Assembly: GCA_976551045.1 (NCBI GenBank)
Contig: CDPCPM010000030.1
Coordinates: forward strand, 2,418,001 to 2,482,000
Direction of reading: 5' to 3'
Length of the DNA stretch: 64,000 bases
Origin: Glaucostegus cemiculus
Taxonomy: Eukaryota
Position numbers and translations under genes: made by a program. Below are positions 1 to 11,990 of the stretch, piece after piece; within the stretch, counting starts at the first letter, position 1; each line of letters opens with the position of its first letter. The notes below the pieces were generated by a model, which worked only from the letters and a program-made list of their open reading frames with translations, did no database searches and was not told the origin of the DNA.

Positions 1-953
1 GCTTCGCTGATACTGACAGTCAAGGTTGACAACCAACATCAGATTTATCAATATCAATTTGTTCAATGGCATGGATATCAGGAAAAGTAGGATTTACGGG
101 ATCACTTGCTCAGCCTTGGATTATAGAATGTGAGGAATTTGAATGTTGAGGCTGAGCGATAGGAGACTGACCATCCTGTGGGACAGCTGGTAGCCTTGTG
201 GATTCAGGCACAGATGGAGGGGTGGAAATAAACTGGGCACTTGAACTGTGCGAAGATATTAGTGTACGTGGAAGTTATTGTCTTCCGGAGACCTGGGGTA
301 TCATAGAGTCTATGAATCTTTGGGGTATCGGAGGGTGTTCTGGCATGTGGACATCAGAGTCTGATGCGCGCATGCAGCAATGTGGAGTCCTTATGCAAAG
401 CTTGTGTCGTGGAGCAATGACGGGGGTCACTAACTGCGGTTGTCTTCGGTGGCCTTTGAGTCTGGTGGCACTGAGTGTTGGAGAGGGAGAGGGAGAATGA
501 TGACTTGAGGGAGAGGGTGTAACTTGGAGAGGAATGGAAAGACAGGTCAGAGAGGAGGACTGATGGAGATTAGAGGCAACAATTCCTCAGGAAATGATTG
601 AGGAATGTGGGACGGTTGCTGTGACAGGATGGAGGGGAGAGATTGCTGTGCAGAATGGAGTGACACAATCCCTGATTGAGAACAAACCCACCAGAGTCGG
701 CAAGCTGTGGTATCAGCAGTCTAGATGATTGAAGTGAAAACGAATACCCAAGTTCATGCACTGAAGCTGAAACTGGCTGGGACAGAGGGGAGTGATCTGG
801 AGGGAGAAAGATTCTGAAGGGAGCGGTATTGAACAGAGATGCATGATGTTTGCTTTGCCAAATCTACAGTCGCCTCTTTCCCTCACATCTTTCACAGTCT
901 GATTTCCTGCTTTGCAGCTTCCGGTATCCCATGTATTTCTTCCTTTATTCCAT

Positions 954-1037
954 TCCCAGAGACGTCTATGAGAGAACAGTACAATGGAGCATCAACACAG
1001 GAGGCATCTACAATCCCAGCAGAAAATACGTCTTCAG
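954..1037 (+). pseudogene. Type A pseudo-exon (84 nt)
   Basis: Acceptor CAG>CAT and donor GT>GG (cag|ggacca). Confidence 0.6.
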
Positions 1038-1173
1038 GGACCAAGACATATGTCAATGGGGTTATTCAACCACGATGTGGCCTGGAAGCTCCTGTGAACC
1101 ATGCATTTGTTAGATGTGCATTGCAGCTTGACACGATGGATGGTGTCAGTTCCACCCCTGCTGCTAATTTCAG

Positions 1174-1197
1174 AAGTGCTTGAGACCTCTGAAAATG
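1174..1197 (+). CDS. Candidate 24-nt microexon M (EVLETSEN)
   Basis: tttcag| ... |gtggat; phase 1-1. Confidence 0.35.
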
Positions 1198-1446
1198 GTG
1201 GATGCACTTTCCTGGAATGTGCAAGCATAGACACGAAGATAACAGGGATCCCCAAATTCCGGCACTGTCCTTCCAGATCACAGCTCACAGTCACAGCCAG
1301 GTTCAGCTTCAGAGATCCCGAAGGGAGAGATATTGAACGGTGATGCATGGTGTTGGTTTTCCACAGATGCAAACTTTCCCAAATTCGCAGTCTGATTGTC
1401 CTGTTTTGCGGCTTCCAATATCCATGTCCCTCTCCGTTTGTTTCAG

Positions 1447-1542
1447 TGCCAGAGACTTCCAAAGGGGAACAATCCGGAGGATCATCCAGTGGGGCATCAA
1501 CACAGGAGTCGTATTCAGGCCCAGCAGGGGACACCTCTACAG
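1447..1542 (+). CDS. Exon A 96 nt VPETSKGEQSGGSSSGASTQESYSGPAGDTST
   Basis: tttgtttcag| ... cag|gtacca; phase 1-1, open frame. Confidence 0.75.
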
Positions 1543-1914
1543 GTACCAAGACGTATGTCAATGTGGTCAATCAGAAAAGCTCAGGACTCGAAGCTCTTGC
1601 GAACCATTCAATTGTGAGATGAGCATTTCAGCCGGACATGATTGGTGGTGTGTGTTCAATCCCCTACTGGCAATTTCAGTCGTGACTGAGACCTGTAAAA
1701 AAAGAGAAAGGTTAACTTACACGGAGTGGGCAGCTTTGGTCGGCGGCTGGTGTAATTCAAGATATGGGGTTTTGTCAGTTCATCGATCAGAGGGAATGAA
1801 AACTTGTCTTTGCCCACGCGACATGGAAAGTGGCACGTGACTGTGTTTGGTTTGACCTCCGTCAGGGTTTACAAGGGTCGGATGCACTCCCATGCCTCTG
1901 TTCCATTATTACAG

Positions 1915-2010
1915 TTCTGAAGACTTCCCCGATGGAACAGCCGACTGGATTATCAAATGGAGAGCACACGCAGGAACCGTCCTCTGTCCCCTTGAGTGAG
2001 ACAGCCTCAG
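1915..2010 (+). CDS. Exon B 96 nt VLKTSPMEQPTGLSNGEHTQEPSSVPLSETAS
   Basis: ttattacag| ... cag|gtacga. Confidence 0.75.
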
Positions 2011-3298
2011 GTACGAAGTGTTCAATGTCTGATGGTTCACACAATCTCACTAATGCTGTGATATCGCACCTCCAGCAGACTGATTCAACATCTTGTCGTG
2101 CATTGCAGCAGGGAGTTCAATGACGGTGTTGGTTGTTCATCTCTTCAATCTGTGCCTATATTCATTAGCATCTGAGGTCTCAGCCCTGGACATTCAGTAC
2201 CTTGGAATGAGACTCACTCACGGATGAAGATGAGATGTGTTGACAGTCAGAGCAGCAGATCTGAGACCTGAGGTTAAGTAACTGGGGGATGTTTCATTCA
2301 ACCTTGGGAATAAATGGTATCTTGGTGAGGGAGCGGACGGGAGTCTTCTCTGATACTGACAGTCAAAGCTGACAACCAGCATCATGTTTATCAGTATCAA
2401 TTTGTTCAAAGGCATTGATAGCAGGAAATGTGGGATTTCGGGGATCACTTGGTCAGCCTAGGATGGTAAAATATGAGAAATTTGTATGTTGAGGCTGAGG
2501 GATTGTAGACTGGTCATCCTTTGGGTGAGCGGGTAGCCTTGTGGTTTCAGGCAAAGCTCAAGGGGAGGAAATACACTGGACACTTGAATTGTGCGAAGAT
2601 CAGAGCGGACTTGGAAATAATTGTCTTCAGGACACCTGGGGTATCATGGAGTCTATAAATCGTTGGGGTATCCGAGAGTGCTCTGGCATGTGGACATCAG
2701 AGACTGATGCTCGCATGCAGCAATAAGGAGTCTTTATGCAAAGCTTATGTCGTGGAGCAATGAGGGGGGTCACTAATTGAGGTTGTCTTCGGTGGCCTTT
2801 GAGTCTGGTGGAACTGGATGTTGGAGGGGGTGAGGGAGAATGATGACTTGATGGAGAGGGTGTATCTGGGAGTGTGATGGACAGACTTAGGTCAGAGAGG
2901 AGGACCGATGGAAATGAGAGGCAATAATTCATCTGGAAATTATTGAGGAGTGTGGTACTGTCATTGGGAGAGTATGGAGGGGAGAGACTGCTCTGGAGAA
3001 AGGATTGACATGGACCTGACTGACTAACAAACCCACCAGAGTCTGCAAGCTCTGATATCAGTCGTGTGGATCATTGAAGTGAAAACGAATCCCCAAGTTC
3101 AGACACTGAGCTGAAACAGGCTGTGACGAAAAGGCGTTCTCTGGAAGGAGAGAGCTTCAGAAGGGAGATGTATTGAAAGGAGATGCATGATGTTGGTTTC
3201 TCCGCAGATCCAGCCGCCTCATTACCTTACACCTCTACCTGGCTGATTGCCCTACTTTGCGGCTCCCTGTCTCCCATGTCTTTCTTCCTTTATTCCAG

Positions 3299-3382
3299 TC
3301 CCAGACACATCTAAATTTGTACAATCCAATGGAGCATGGACACAGGAGGTATCTTCTATCTCTGCAGGAAACAAGTCTGCAG
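3299..3382 (+). CDS. Exon A 84 nt VPDTSKFVQSNGAWTQEVSSISAGNKSA
   Basis: tttattccag| ... cag|gtaaca; in-frame 12-nt deletion. Confidence 0.7.
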
Positions 3383-3518
3383 GTAACAAGACATATGTCA
3401 ATGGGGTCATTCAGCAAGGATGTGGCCTGTAATTTCCTGTGAACCATGAAGTTGTTCGATGTGCATTTCAACTTGAGATGATGGATGGAGTCAGTTCCAC
3501 CCCTGCTGCTAATTTCAG

Positions 3519-3542
3519 ATGATCTTGAGAACACTGAAAAGG
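3519..3542 (+). CDS. Candidate 24-nt microexon M (DDLENTEK)
   Basis: tttcag| ... |gtggtt. Confidence 0.35.
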
Positions 3543-4038
3543 GTGGTTGCACTTTCCTGGAATGTGCAACCATTGACGGTGGCTGGCGTAGATCACGATG
3601 TGGAGGTGGGTCAGTGGATCGTGCTGGAGGACTGAGACCTGGTGTTTGTAGTCAAGGGATAGAGAGTGTCCGGTGGGTGTGTTTGAAGTGACTTTCAGGC
3701 AGGAGTTACAAGACTGATTTACAAATTTATGAGCGGTACTGATTGGTGCGAATGCAAGAAACATGTCCTGTTATCTGAAATGAATCTAGAGGACATCATT
3801 TCGGCATGGTTTCAGATAATCTGAAGGGATTTCAGCAAGATGTCTGGGCAGCAGAGGACACTTGGAGTATCCGGGTATAAGGTAGCATGCTGGAGTATAA
3901 GCGCCTTGGAGTACACTAGAGGTTTGGAAGCATGAAGTTAATTCTGCCTCTGAATATAAGAGGGATTTGAATGTCTCTATGACATCAGAGTGCAAGGATT
4001 GTCGGATACACTTCTCTGCCTCTGTTCCGTTATTCCAG

Positions 4039-4134
4039 ACCTGAAAACTTCCCCAATAGAACAGCCGAGTGCAGAATCAACTGGAGAGCCAAACCAGGAA
4101 ACGTCCTCCGTCCCCTTGAGTGAGACAACATCAG
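4039..4134 (+). CDS. Exon B 96 nt DLKTSPIEQPSAESTGEPNQETSSVPLSETTS
   Basis: ttattccag| ... cag|gtacta. Confidence 0.75.
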
Positions 4135-5439
4135 GTACTAAGTCGTGTGTTTCTGAATTTTCATACAATCTCTACGCTGCTGTGATGTAGCACTTAATGC
4201 ACACTAATTCACATTCGTGGCGTGCATTGCCGGTTGGAGGTAAATTACGGTACTGGTTGTTTATCTGTCCACTCTGTGCCGATCTTCAGTTTCATCTGAG
4301 GTCTGCACGCCTGTCAATCAGCACCTTGCTCGGAGCCTCATTCACAGGACTGAATGAGATTTGTTGACAACCGGAGCAGCAGATTTTTGACCTGAGCTGT
4401 GGTAACTCTGGGAATATAAGTGGTCACTTGTGGATGTATAATTGAGATTCAGAAATGAATCGGATATGGGTGAGGGAGCGGACTGGAGACTCCACTGGTG
4501 CTGAGAGCCAGGGTTGTCAATCAGCTGAAAGATTATGAGCTTCACTTTGTTTACAGTCATAGACATCTGGAAATGAGGGTATCGTTGATCATTTGTCGAG
4601 CCTGCGCTGATGAAATATGAGGTGTTACAATGGTGTAGCTGAGGGACAGGAGACTATTCATTTTATGGGTGGGTGGCAGGTACACCTGGTGATTTGAGGC
4701 ACAGAGGGAAGATTTGGAAAACACTGGACATTTGGACCTTGAGAATATTGGATGCTTCGCTGAGGTTGCTGAATTTAGAAGGCGCGGGGAATCAGGGAGA
4801 TTATGATCTGTTGAAGTATGAGACGGTGTTTTATTGGTTTGGGCATAGGAGAATGATTGTGGTTTGAAGCAGTTATGGGTCTTTTTGGAAAGCTTGTGTC
4901 GCGGATAAATGACTGTGGTCACGAACTGAGGTGGCCTTTGTTGCGTTTTGAAGGTAGAAACACAGTGCGTGTTGAAGAGGGTCAAGCCGATTGATGAGTG
5001 GAGGGAATGTGTCTAACTGGGACAGTGATTGACTGAGCTCGGAGATGAGGACAGAAGGAAATGAAAGGGACCGAGAATCGGGGAATGATTGTGGAAGGAG
5101 AGATAGGAAATGTGAGAGGACGGAGAGGAGTGATTGCTGCAGAGAAAGGAGAGACAAGATCCCTGATTGACAGAAAAAACGACAACTTTCAGCTGTGGTA
5201 TCAGAAGTGTTGATCATGTTCAGTCACAGAAGCCGATGTTCAGTCACAAAAGCCGAACTTGGCTGTGAGTGAGAGGAGTAATCTGGAGGGATAGAGCTAC
5301 GGAAGGGAGAGTTATTGAACGGAGACGCATGACGTTTGTTTCTCCACAGTCCCAGCCCCCTCTCCCCCAAACTCCTGTCTGATTTTGATAACCTGCGTTG
5401 TTCCTTCCAATTGTCCATGTCTCTCTTCTTTTATTACAG

Positions 5440-5535
5440 TCCAAGGGACTTCCAAAATGGAAGATTACGGAGGATCAGCGAATGGAGCATCAACACAGGA
5501 GCCGTCTTCCATCCCAGTAGGAGACACGTCGTCAG
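5440..5535 (+). CDS. Exon A 96 nt VQGTSKMEDYGGSANGASTQEPSSIPVGDTSS
   Basis: ttttattacag| ... cag|gtacca. Confidence 0.75.
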
Positions 5536-5901
5536 GTACCAAGACTTATATCAACCTGGTCATTCAGCGAAACTGTGTCCTCGAAGCTCTTGCTAACCAT
5601 TCAATTGTTAGATGTGCAATTCAGCCGGACTTGATTGATAGTGTTCTATCCACTGCTACAAATTCAGAAATGCCTGAGACCTCTAAAAAAGGGAGCTTTC
5701 GCTTCCCAGGAACGGAGAGCCTTGGACGGAGTCCGGTGTAATTTATAATGTTGTGTTTTGTCACTTTACCAATAAGGATGACAGAAATCTGCTGTTGGTC
5801 TTCAAGGCATGGATAGTGGTCAGTGATTGTGTTTGGTGTGACCTTAAGGCAAGGTTTGCAAAGGTCGGATGCACTTCCATGCCTCTGTTCCCTTATTCCA
5901 G

Positions 5902-5997
5902 AACTGAAGACTTCTCCTTTTTACCGGTCGACTGGATCATCAACTGGAGAGACCACGCAGGAACCGACCTATCTCCCATTGAGCGAGACAGTCTCAG
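5902..5997 (+). CDS. Exon B 96 nt ELKTSPFYRSTGSSTGETTQEPTYLPLSETVS
   Basis: cttattccag| ... cag|gtacta. Confidence 0.75.
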
Positions 5998-6150
5998 GTA
6001 CTAAGTCTTGATTGTCTTATATTTCATGCACTCTATCAGAGGCTGTGATCTAGCACATTGCAGACGGATTTTCCTTCGTGGCGTGCATTGCAGCAGGGAG
6101 GTGATTGACGGTGTTGGTTGTTTACCTCTCCCTTCTGTACCCATCGTCAG

Positions 6151-6189
6151 TCGTAACTGAGGTCTCCACGGTTATCAATCATCATCTTG
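6151..6189 (+). CDS. Candidate 39-nt exon D (VVTEVSTVINHHL)
   Basis: Pyrimidine tract + tcag| ... ttg|gtatga; phase 1-1. Confidence 0.4.
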
Positions 6190-7278
6190 GTATGAGCTTC
6201 ATGCCTGGGTCTGGATGAGATTTGTTGGCAACCAGAGCAGCGGAGTTGAGACCTGAGTTTTGGTAACTGGGAGAATTTGATTGCGAATCCTTCAGTCAAT
6301 TCAGGAATAAATGGGATCTGGGTGAGAGAGCGGTCTTGGGGCTTCACTGATGCTGACAGCAAAGTTTGACATCCACCTGCTGGGTTATGAATATCAAATT
6401 CCTCACTGGCATGGATATCAATAAATGTGTGCTGTGGGTAGCTCAGTCTGAATCTTGGATGACTTAATGTGAGATGTTGGGATGATGTTACTGAGTGATA
6501 GGAGACTCGTCATCGTGTGGGTGGGCGGGAATGCCTGGTGGTTTGAGGCACAAATGTAGAGGTGGAAATACAGTGGACACTTGAACTGTGGGAATATAAG
6601 AGGGCAGGTTGTGAATTTTAACAATGGGGTGTCTGGGGCATCATGAAATGCATGAAATCTTCGTATATGGGAGGATGTTCAAGGACCGGATCATCAGAGA
6701 ATGATCAGAGTATGAAGCACTGTTGAGCCTTTGTGAAAAGCTGGTGTACTGGAGCAATGACTGTTGTCAGAAATTGAGGTGTTCTTTGTTGGTCTTTGAG
6801 TGTGGTGACACTGAATGTTGCAGATGGTGATATAGAATGATGACTTGAGGGAGAGGTGGAACTGGGAATCTGATGGCCAGGCGTATGTCAGAGAGCACGG
6901 CTGATGGACATTAGAGGGAATAATTCCTGAGGAAATCATTGGGGAGGGTGTGGTGGGAATTGTGAAAGGTTGGGGATAGGAGTTTGCTCGAGAGAAAGGG
7001 GTGAAAGGGACTGTGATGGACTGCAATCCCTCCGGGGTCTGCAAGCTCGGGATCAGCAGTATGAATCAGTAAAGGCAACAAGAGTCCCCAATTGCAGGCA
7101 CTGAATCTGAACCTGGTTGTGCAGATGAGGTGTGATCGGGCGGGAGGAGCTTCTGAAGGGAGATGGATGATGTTGGTTCTTTCTGTGATCCAATCCCCAC
7201 ATCTCCAATCACCTTTCCCAGTCTGATTGTCCTCCTTTGCAGTTTCCAATCTGCCATGTCTCACTTGCTCTATTCCAG

Positions 7279-7374
7279 ACCCTGAGACTTCCAAAAGTGA
7301 ACAAACCAGAAGAACATCCAATGCAACATCCACTCAGGAGCCGTCTTCTCCTGCAGCAGGAAACCAGTCCTCAG
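7279..7374 (+). CDS. Exon A 96 nt DPETSKSEQTRRTSNATSTQEPSSPAAGNQSS
   Basis: ctattccag| ... cag|gtacca. Confidence 0.75.
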
Positions 7375-7510
7375 GTACCAAGATTTATGTCAATTGGGTC
7401 ATTCGGCAAGGACGTGCCCTCGAGGTCCCTGTCAACCATGCATTCATCAGATGTGGATTTCAGCTTGACATTATTGATGGTTTTAGGTCCACCCAAGCTG
7501 CTAATTTCAG

Positions 7511-7534
7511 AAGTGCCTGAGACCTCTGAATATG
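7511..7534 (+). CDS. Candidate 24-nt microexon M (EVPETSEY)
   Basis: tttcag| ... |gtggga. Confidence 0.35.
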
Positions 7535-8028
7535 GTGGGAGCACATTCACAAATAAGAAACTTGTGGCAGTGGCTTCTCTAGATCACTGTGTAGAGGTGG
7601 TACTGTGGACCAAGCAAGAGGGCCGAGACCTGGTGTTTATCGGCAAGGGATAGGAAATGTCCGGTGGGTGTGTTTGGAATGACATTCAGAAAGGATTTAC
7701 ACGATAATTTATTCGTTTATGAGCTGCACCGATTGGTCTGACTGCAGGCAACATGTCCTTCTATCAGAGGTGAATAGAGAGGACATCAATTCGGAAAGAG
7801 GTCATATAATAAGAAGGGATCACAGCAAGATGTCTGCACAACAGAGGACATTTGGTGTGTCTGTGTTTCGGGGAGCATAATGGAGTGTAAGTGCCCTAGA
7901 GTACACTGGACGTTAGGAAGTACCTGGTGGTTTCTGGTTCTGCACTTTGGTGGCCTTTGGATATCCCTGTGACATCAGAGTGCACAACGCGTCGGATGCG
8001 CTCCCATACGTCTGTTTCTTTGTTCCAG

Positions 8029-8124
8029 ACCTACAGAGTTCGGCAATGGAAGGGCCAAGTAGATCATCAACTGGAGAGCCCACGAAGATACAGTCCTCTG
8101 TCCCCTTGATTGAGACAGCCTCAG
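8029..8124 (+). CDS. Exon B 96 nt DLQSSAMEGPSRSSTGEPTKIQSSVPLIETAS
   Basis: tttgttccag| ... cag|gtacca. Confidence 0.75.
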
Positions 8125-9409
8125 GTACCAAGTCTTGAATGTCTGAAGTTTCACACCATCTCTCTGATTCTGTGATATATCACCTCTTGCAGACTGATTC
8201 AACATCGTGTCGTGCATTGCAGCAGGGAGGTCAATGACGGTGTTGGTTGTTTATCCTTCACTCTGTGCCTATCTTCATTAGCATCCTAGCTCTCAACCGT
8301 GGACCTTCAGACTCTTGGAATGAGACGCATTCACGTGTAAAGATGAGATCTGTTGGCAGTCAGAGCAGCAGATCTGAGTCCTGAGGGTTGGTAACTGGAG
8401 GATGTTTCATTCAAACTCAGGAATAAATGGCATCTCGGTGATGGAGCGGACGGGAGGCTTCGCTGATACTGGCAGTCAAGGTTGACAACCAACATCAGAT
8501 TTATCAATATCAATTTGTTCAATGGCATGGATATCAGGAAAAGTAGGATTTACGGGATCACTTGCTCAGCCCTGGATTATAGAATGTGAGGAATTTGAAT
8601 GTTGAGGCTGAGCGATAGGAGACTGAACATCCTGTGGGACAGCTGGTAGCCTTGTGGATTCAGGCACAGATGGAGGGGTGGAAATAAACTGGGCACTTGA
8701 ACTGTGCGAAGATATTAGTGTACGTGGAAGTTATTGTCTTCCGGAGACCTGGGGTATCATAGAGTCTATGAATCTTTGGGGTATCGGAGGGTGTTCTGGC
8801 ATGTGGACATCAGAGTCTGATGCGCGCATGCAGCAATGTGGAGTCCTTATGCAAAGCTTGTGTCGTGGAGCAATGACGGGGGTCACTAATTGCGGTTGTC
8901 TTCGGTGGCCTTTGAGTCTGGTGGCACTGAGTGTTGGAGAGGGAGAGGGAGAATGATGACTTGAGGGAGAGGGTGTAACTTGGAGAGGAATGGAAAGACA
9001 GGTCAGAGAGGAGGACCGATGGAGATTAGAGGCAACAATTCCTCAGGAAATGATTGAGGAAGATGGGACGGTTGCTGTGACAGGATGGAGGGGAGAGATT
9101 GCTGTGCAGAATGGAGTGACACAATCCCTGATTGAGCACAAACCCACCAGAGTCGGCAAGCTGTGGTATCAGCAGTCTAGATCATTGAAGTGAAAACGAA
9201 TACCCAAGTTCATGCACTGAAGCTGAAATTGGCTGTGACAGAGGGGAGTGATCTGGAGGGAGAAAGATTCTGAAGGGAGCGGTATTGAACAGAGATGCAT
9301 GATGTTTGCCTTGCCAAATCTACAGTCGCCTCTTTCCCTCACATCTTTCACAGTCTGATTTCCTGCTTTGCAGCTTCCGGTATCCCATGTATTTCTTCCT
9401 TTATTCCAT

Positions 9410-9494
9410 TCCCAGAGACGTCTATGAGAGAACAGTATAAATGGAGCATCAACACAGGAGGCATCTACAATCCCAGTAGAAAATATGTTTTCAG
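9410..9494 (+). pseudogene. Type A pseudo-exon (85 nt, frameshifted)
   Basis: Acceptor CAG>CAT plus a 1-nt insertion (gtataaatgg vs gtacaatgg at the 954 copy). Confidence 0.6.
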
Positions 9495-9630
9495 GTACCA
9501 AGACATATGTCAATGGGGTTATTCAACCACGATGTGGCCTGGAAGCTCCTGTGAACCATGCATTTGTTAGATGTGCATTGCAGCTTGACACGATGGATGG
9601 TGTCAGTTCCACCCCTGCTGCTAATTTCAG

Positions 9631-9654
9631 AAGTGCTTGAGACCTCTGAAAATG
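9631..9654 (+). CDS. Candidate 24-nt microexon M (EVLETSEN)
   Basis: tttcag| ... |gtgggt. Confidence 0.4.
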
Positions 9655-9903
9655 GTGGGTGCACTTTCCTGGAATGTGCAAGCATAGACACGAAGATAAC
9701 AGGGATCCCCAAGTTCCGGCACTGTCCTTCCAGATCACAGCTCACAGTCACAGCCAGTTTCAGCTTCAGAGATCCCGAAGGGAGAGATATTGAACGGTGA
9801 TGCATGGTGTTGGTTTTCCACAGATGCAAACTTTCCTAAATTCGCAGTCTGATTGTCCTGTTTTGCGGCTTCCAATCTCCATGTCCCTCTCCGTTTGTTT
9901 CAG

Positions 9904-9999
9904 TCCCAGAGACTTCCAAAGGGGAACAATCCGGAGGATCATCCAGTGGAGCATCAACACAGGAGTCGTATTCAGGCCCAGCAGGGGACACCTCGACAG
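9904..9999 (+). CDS. Exon A 96 nt VPETSKGEQSGGSSSGASTQESYSGPAGDTST
   Basis: tttgtttcag| ... cag|gtacca. Confidence 0.75.
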
Positions 10000-10370
10000 G
10001 TACCAAGACGTATGTCAATGTGGTCAATCAGTAAAGCTCAGGACTCGAAGCTCTTGCGAACCATTCAATTGTGAGATGAGCATTTCAGCCGGACATGATT
10101 GGTGGTGTGTGTTCAATCCCCTACTGGCAATTTCAGTCGTGCCTGAGACCTGTAAAAAAAGAGAAAGGTTAACTTACACGGAGTGGGCAGCTTTGGTCGG
10201 CGGCTGGTGTAATTCAAATATGGGGTTTTGTCAGTTGATCGATCAGAGGGAATGAAAACTTGTCTTTGCCCACGCGACATGGAAAGTGGCACGTGAATGT
10301 GTTTGGTTTGACCTCCGTCAGGGTTTACAAGGGTCGGATGCACTCCCATGCCTCTGTTCCATTATTACAG

Positions 10371-10466
10371 TTCTGAAGACTTCCCTGATGAAACAGCCGA
10401 CTGGATTATCAAATGGAGAGCACACGCAGGAACCGTCCTCTGTCCCCTTGAGTGAGACAGCCTCAG
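10371..10466 (+). CDS. Exon B 96 nt VLKTSLMKQPTGLSNGEHTQEPSSVPLSETAS
   Basis: ttattacag| ... cag|gtacga. Confidence 0.75.
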
Positions 10467-11154
10467 GTACGAAGTGTTCAATGTCTAATATTTCATAAAA
10501 TCTCTCTGATGCTGTGATATAGCACTTATTGTAGACTGATTCACCTTCGTGCCCTGTATTGCAGCAGGGAGTTGAATAATGGTGTTGGACGTATGCAAAG
10601 CTTGTGTCGTGGAGCAATGACGGGGGTCACTAATTGAGGTTGTCTTCGGTGGCCTTTGAGTCTGGTGGAACAGGATGTTGGAGTGGGTGAGGGAGAATGA
10701 TGACTTGATGGACAGGATGTATCTGTGAGAGTGATGGACAGAGATAGGTCAGAGAGGAGGACTGATGGAAATGAGAGGCAATAATTCCTCAGGAAATGAT
10801 TGAAGAAGGTGGTACGGTCATTGGGGAGTATGGAGGGGAGAGACCGCTCTGGGGAAAGGATTGACATGGCCCTGATTGACTAACAAACCCACCAGAGTCT
10901 GCCAGCTCTGATATCAGTCGTGTGGATCATTGAAGTGAAAACGAATCCCCAAGTTCAGACACTGAGCTGAAACAGGCTGTGACGAAAAGGCGTTCTCTGG
11001 AAGGAGAGAGCTTCAGAAGGGAGATGTATTGAAAGGAGTTGCATGATGTTGGTTTCTCCACAGATCCAGCCGCCTCATTACCTTACACCTCTCCCTGGCT
11101 GATTGTCCTACTTTGCGGCTCCCTGTCCCCCATGTCTTTCTTCCTTTATTCCAG

Positions 11155-11238
11155 TCCCAGAGACATCTAAATTTGTACAATCCAATGGAGCATGGACACA
11201 GGAGGTATCTTCTATCTCTGCAGGAAACAAGTCTGCAG
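11155..11238 (+). CDS. Exon A 84 nt VPETSKFVQSNGAWTQEVSSISAGNKSA
   Basis: tttattccag| ... cag|gtaaca. Confidence 0.7.
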
Positions 11239-11374
11239 GTAACAAGACATACGTCAATGGGGTCATTCAGCATGGATGTGTCCTGTAAATTCCTGTGAAC
11301 CATGAATTTGTTCGTTGTGCATTTCAGCTTGAGATGATGGATGGTGTCAGTTCCACCCCTGCTGCTAATTTCAG

Positions 11375-11398
11375 GAGAGCTTGAGAACTCTGAAAAGG
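11375..11398 (+). CDS. Candidate 24-nt microexon M (GELENSEK)
   Basis: tttcag| ... |gtgggt. Confidence 0.4.
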
Positions 11399-11894
11399 GT
11401 GGGTGCACTTTCCTGGAATGTGCAACCATTAACGGTGGCTGGTGTAGATCACGATGTGGAGGTGGGTCCGTGGATCGTGCTGGAGGACCGAGACCTGGTG
11501 TTTGTAGTCAAGGGATAGTGAGTGTCCGATGGGTGTGTTTGAAGTGACTTTCAGGCAGGAGTTACAAGACTGATTTACAAATTTATGAGCGGTACTGATT
11601 GGAGCGAATGCAGGAAACATGTCCTGTTATCTGAAATGAATCTAGAGGACATCATTTCGGCAAGGTTTCAGATAATCTGAATGGATTTCAGCAAGATGTC
11701 TGCGCACCAGAGGACACATGGAGTGTCCGGGTATAAGGTAGCATGATGGAGTATAAGCGCCTTGGAGTACACTAGAGGTTTGGAAGTATGAAGTTAATTC
11801 TGCCTCTGAATATAAGAGGGATTTGAATGTCTCTATGACATCAGAGTGCAAGGATTGTCGGATACACTTCTCTGCCTCTGTTCCGTTATTCCAG

Positions 11895-11990
11895 ACCTGA
11901 AAACTTCCCCAATAGAACAGCCGAGTGCAGAATCAACTGGAGAACCAAACCAGGAAACGTCCTCCGTCCCCTTGAGTGAGACAGCATCAG
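11895..11990 (+). CDS. Exon B 96 nt DLKTSPIEQPSAESTGEPNQETSSVPLSETAS
   Basis: ttattccag| ... cag|gtacta. Confidence 0.75.

Noticed and set aside
198-500. Repeated + strand ORF MDSGTDGGVEINWALELC... and other Cys/Trp-rich ORFs in the track
   Set aside because: Open only in recently duplicated copies and broken by stops (e.g. taa/tga at the homologous sites of Q and 32.8 kb units) elsewhere; intronic.
1034-1570. Recurrent minus-strand ORFs (e.g. MTTLTYVLVPVEVSPAG..., LVPEAVSLKGTEDGSCVGSPVDDP...)
   Set aside because: They are antisense shadows of the + strand exons. Starts and stops vary between copies, and the pyrimidine-tract/AG and CAG|GT signals are on the + strand.
1447-2010. Naming the gene (aggrecan, versican, a MUC, titin, CD44/CD45, an SCPP gene)
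   Set aside because: No folded domain or terminus is in the window. Aggrecan, versican and MUC repeats lie in large exons, titin PEVK composition differs, and SCPP exons are phase 0, so only a general resemblance can be claimed.
4961-4990. CACAGTG heptamers suggesting V(D)J recombination signals of an Ig/TCR cluster
   Set aside because: No ACAAAAACC nonamer at 12 or 23 bp spacing, and no V, J or C domain motifs (YYC, WGxG) anywhere.
6306-6311. AATAAA (ggaataaatgg) in the long intron of many units as a repeated poly(A) signal
   Set aside because: Downstream sequence is G-rich without a clear U/GU element, the hexamer is lost in several lineages, and its recurrence is explained by duplication.
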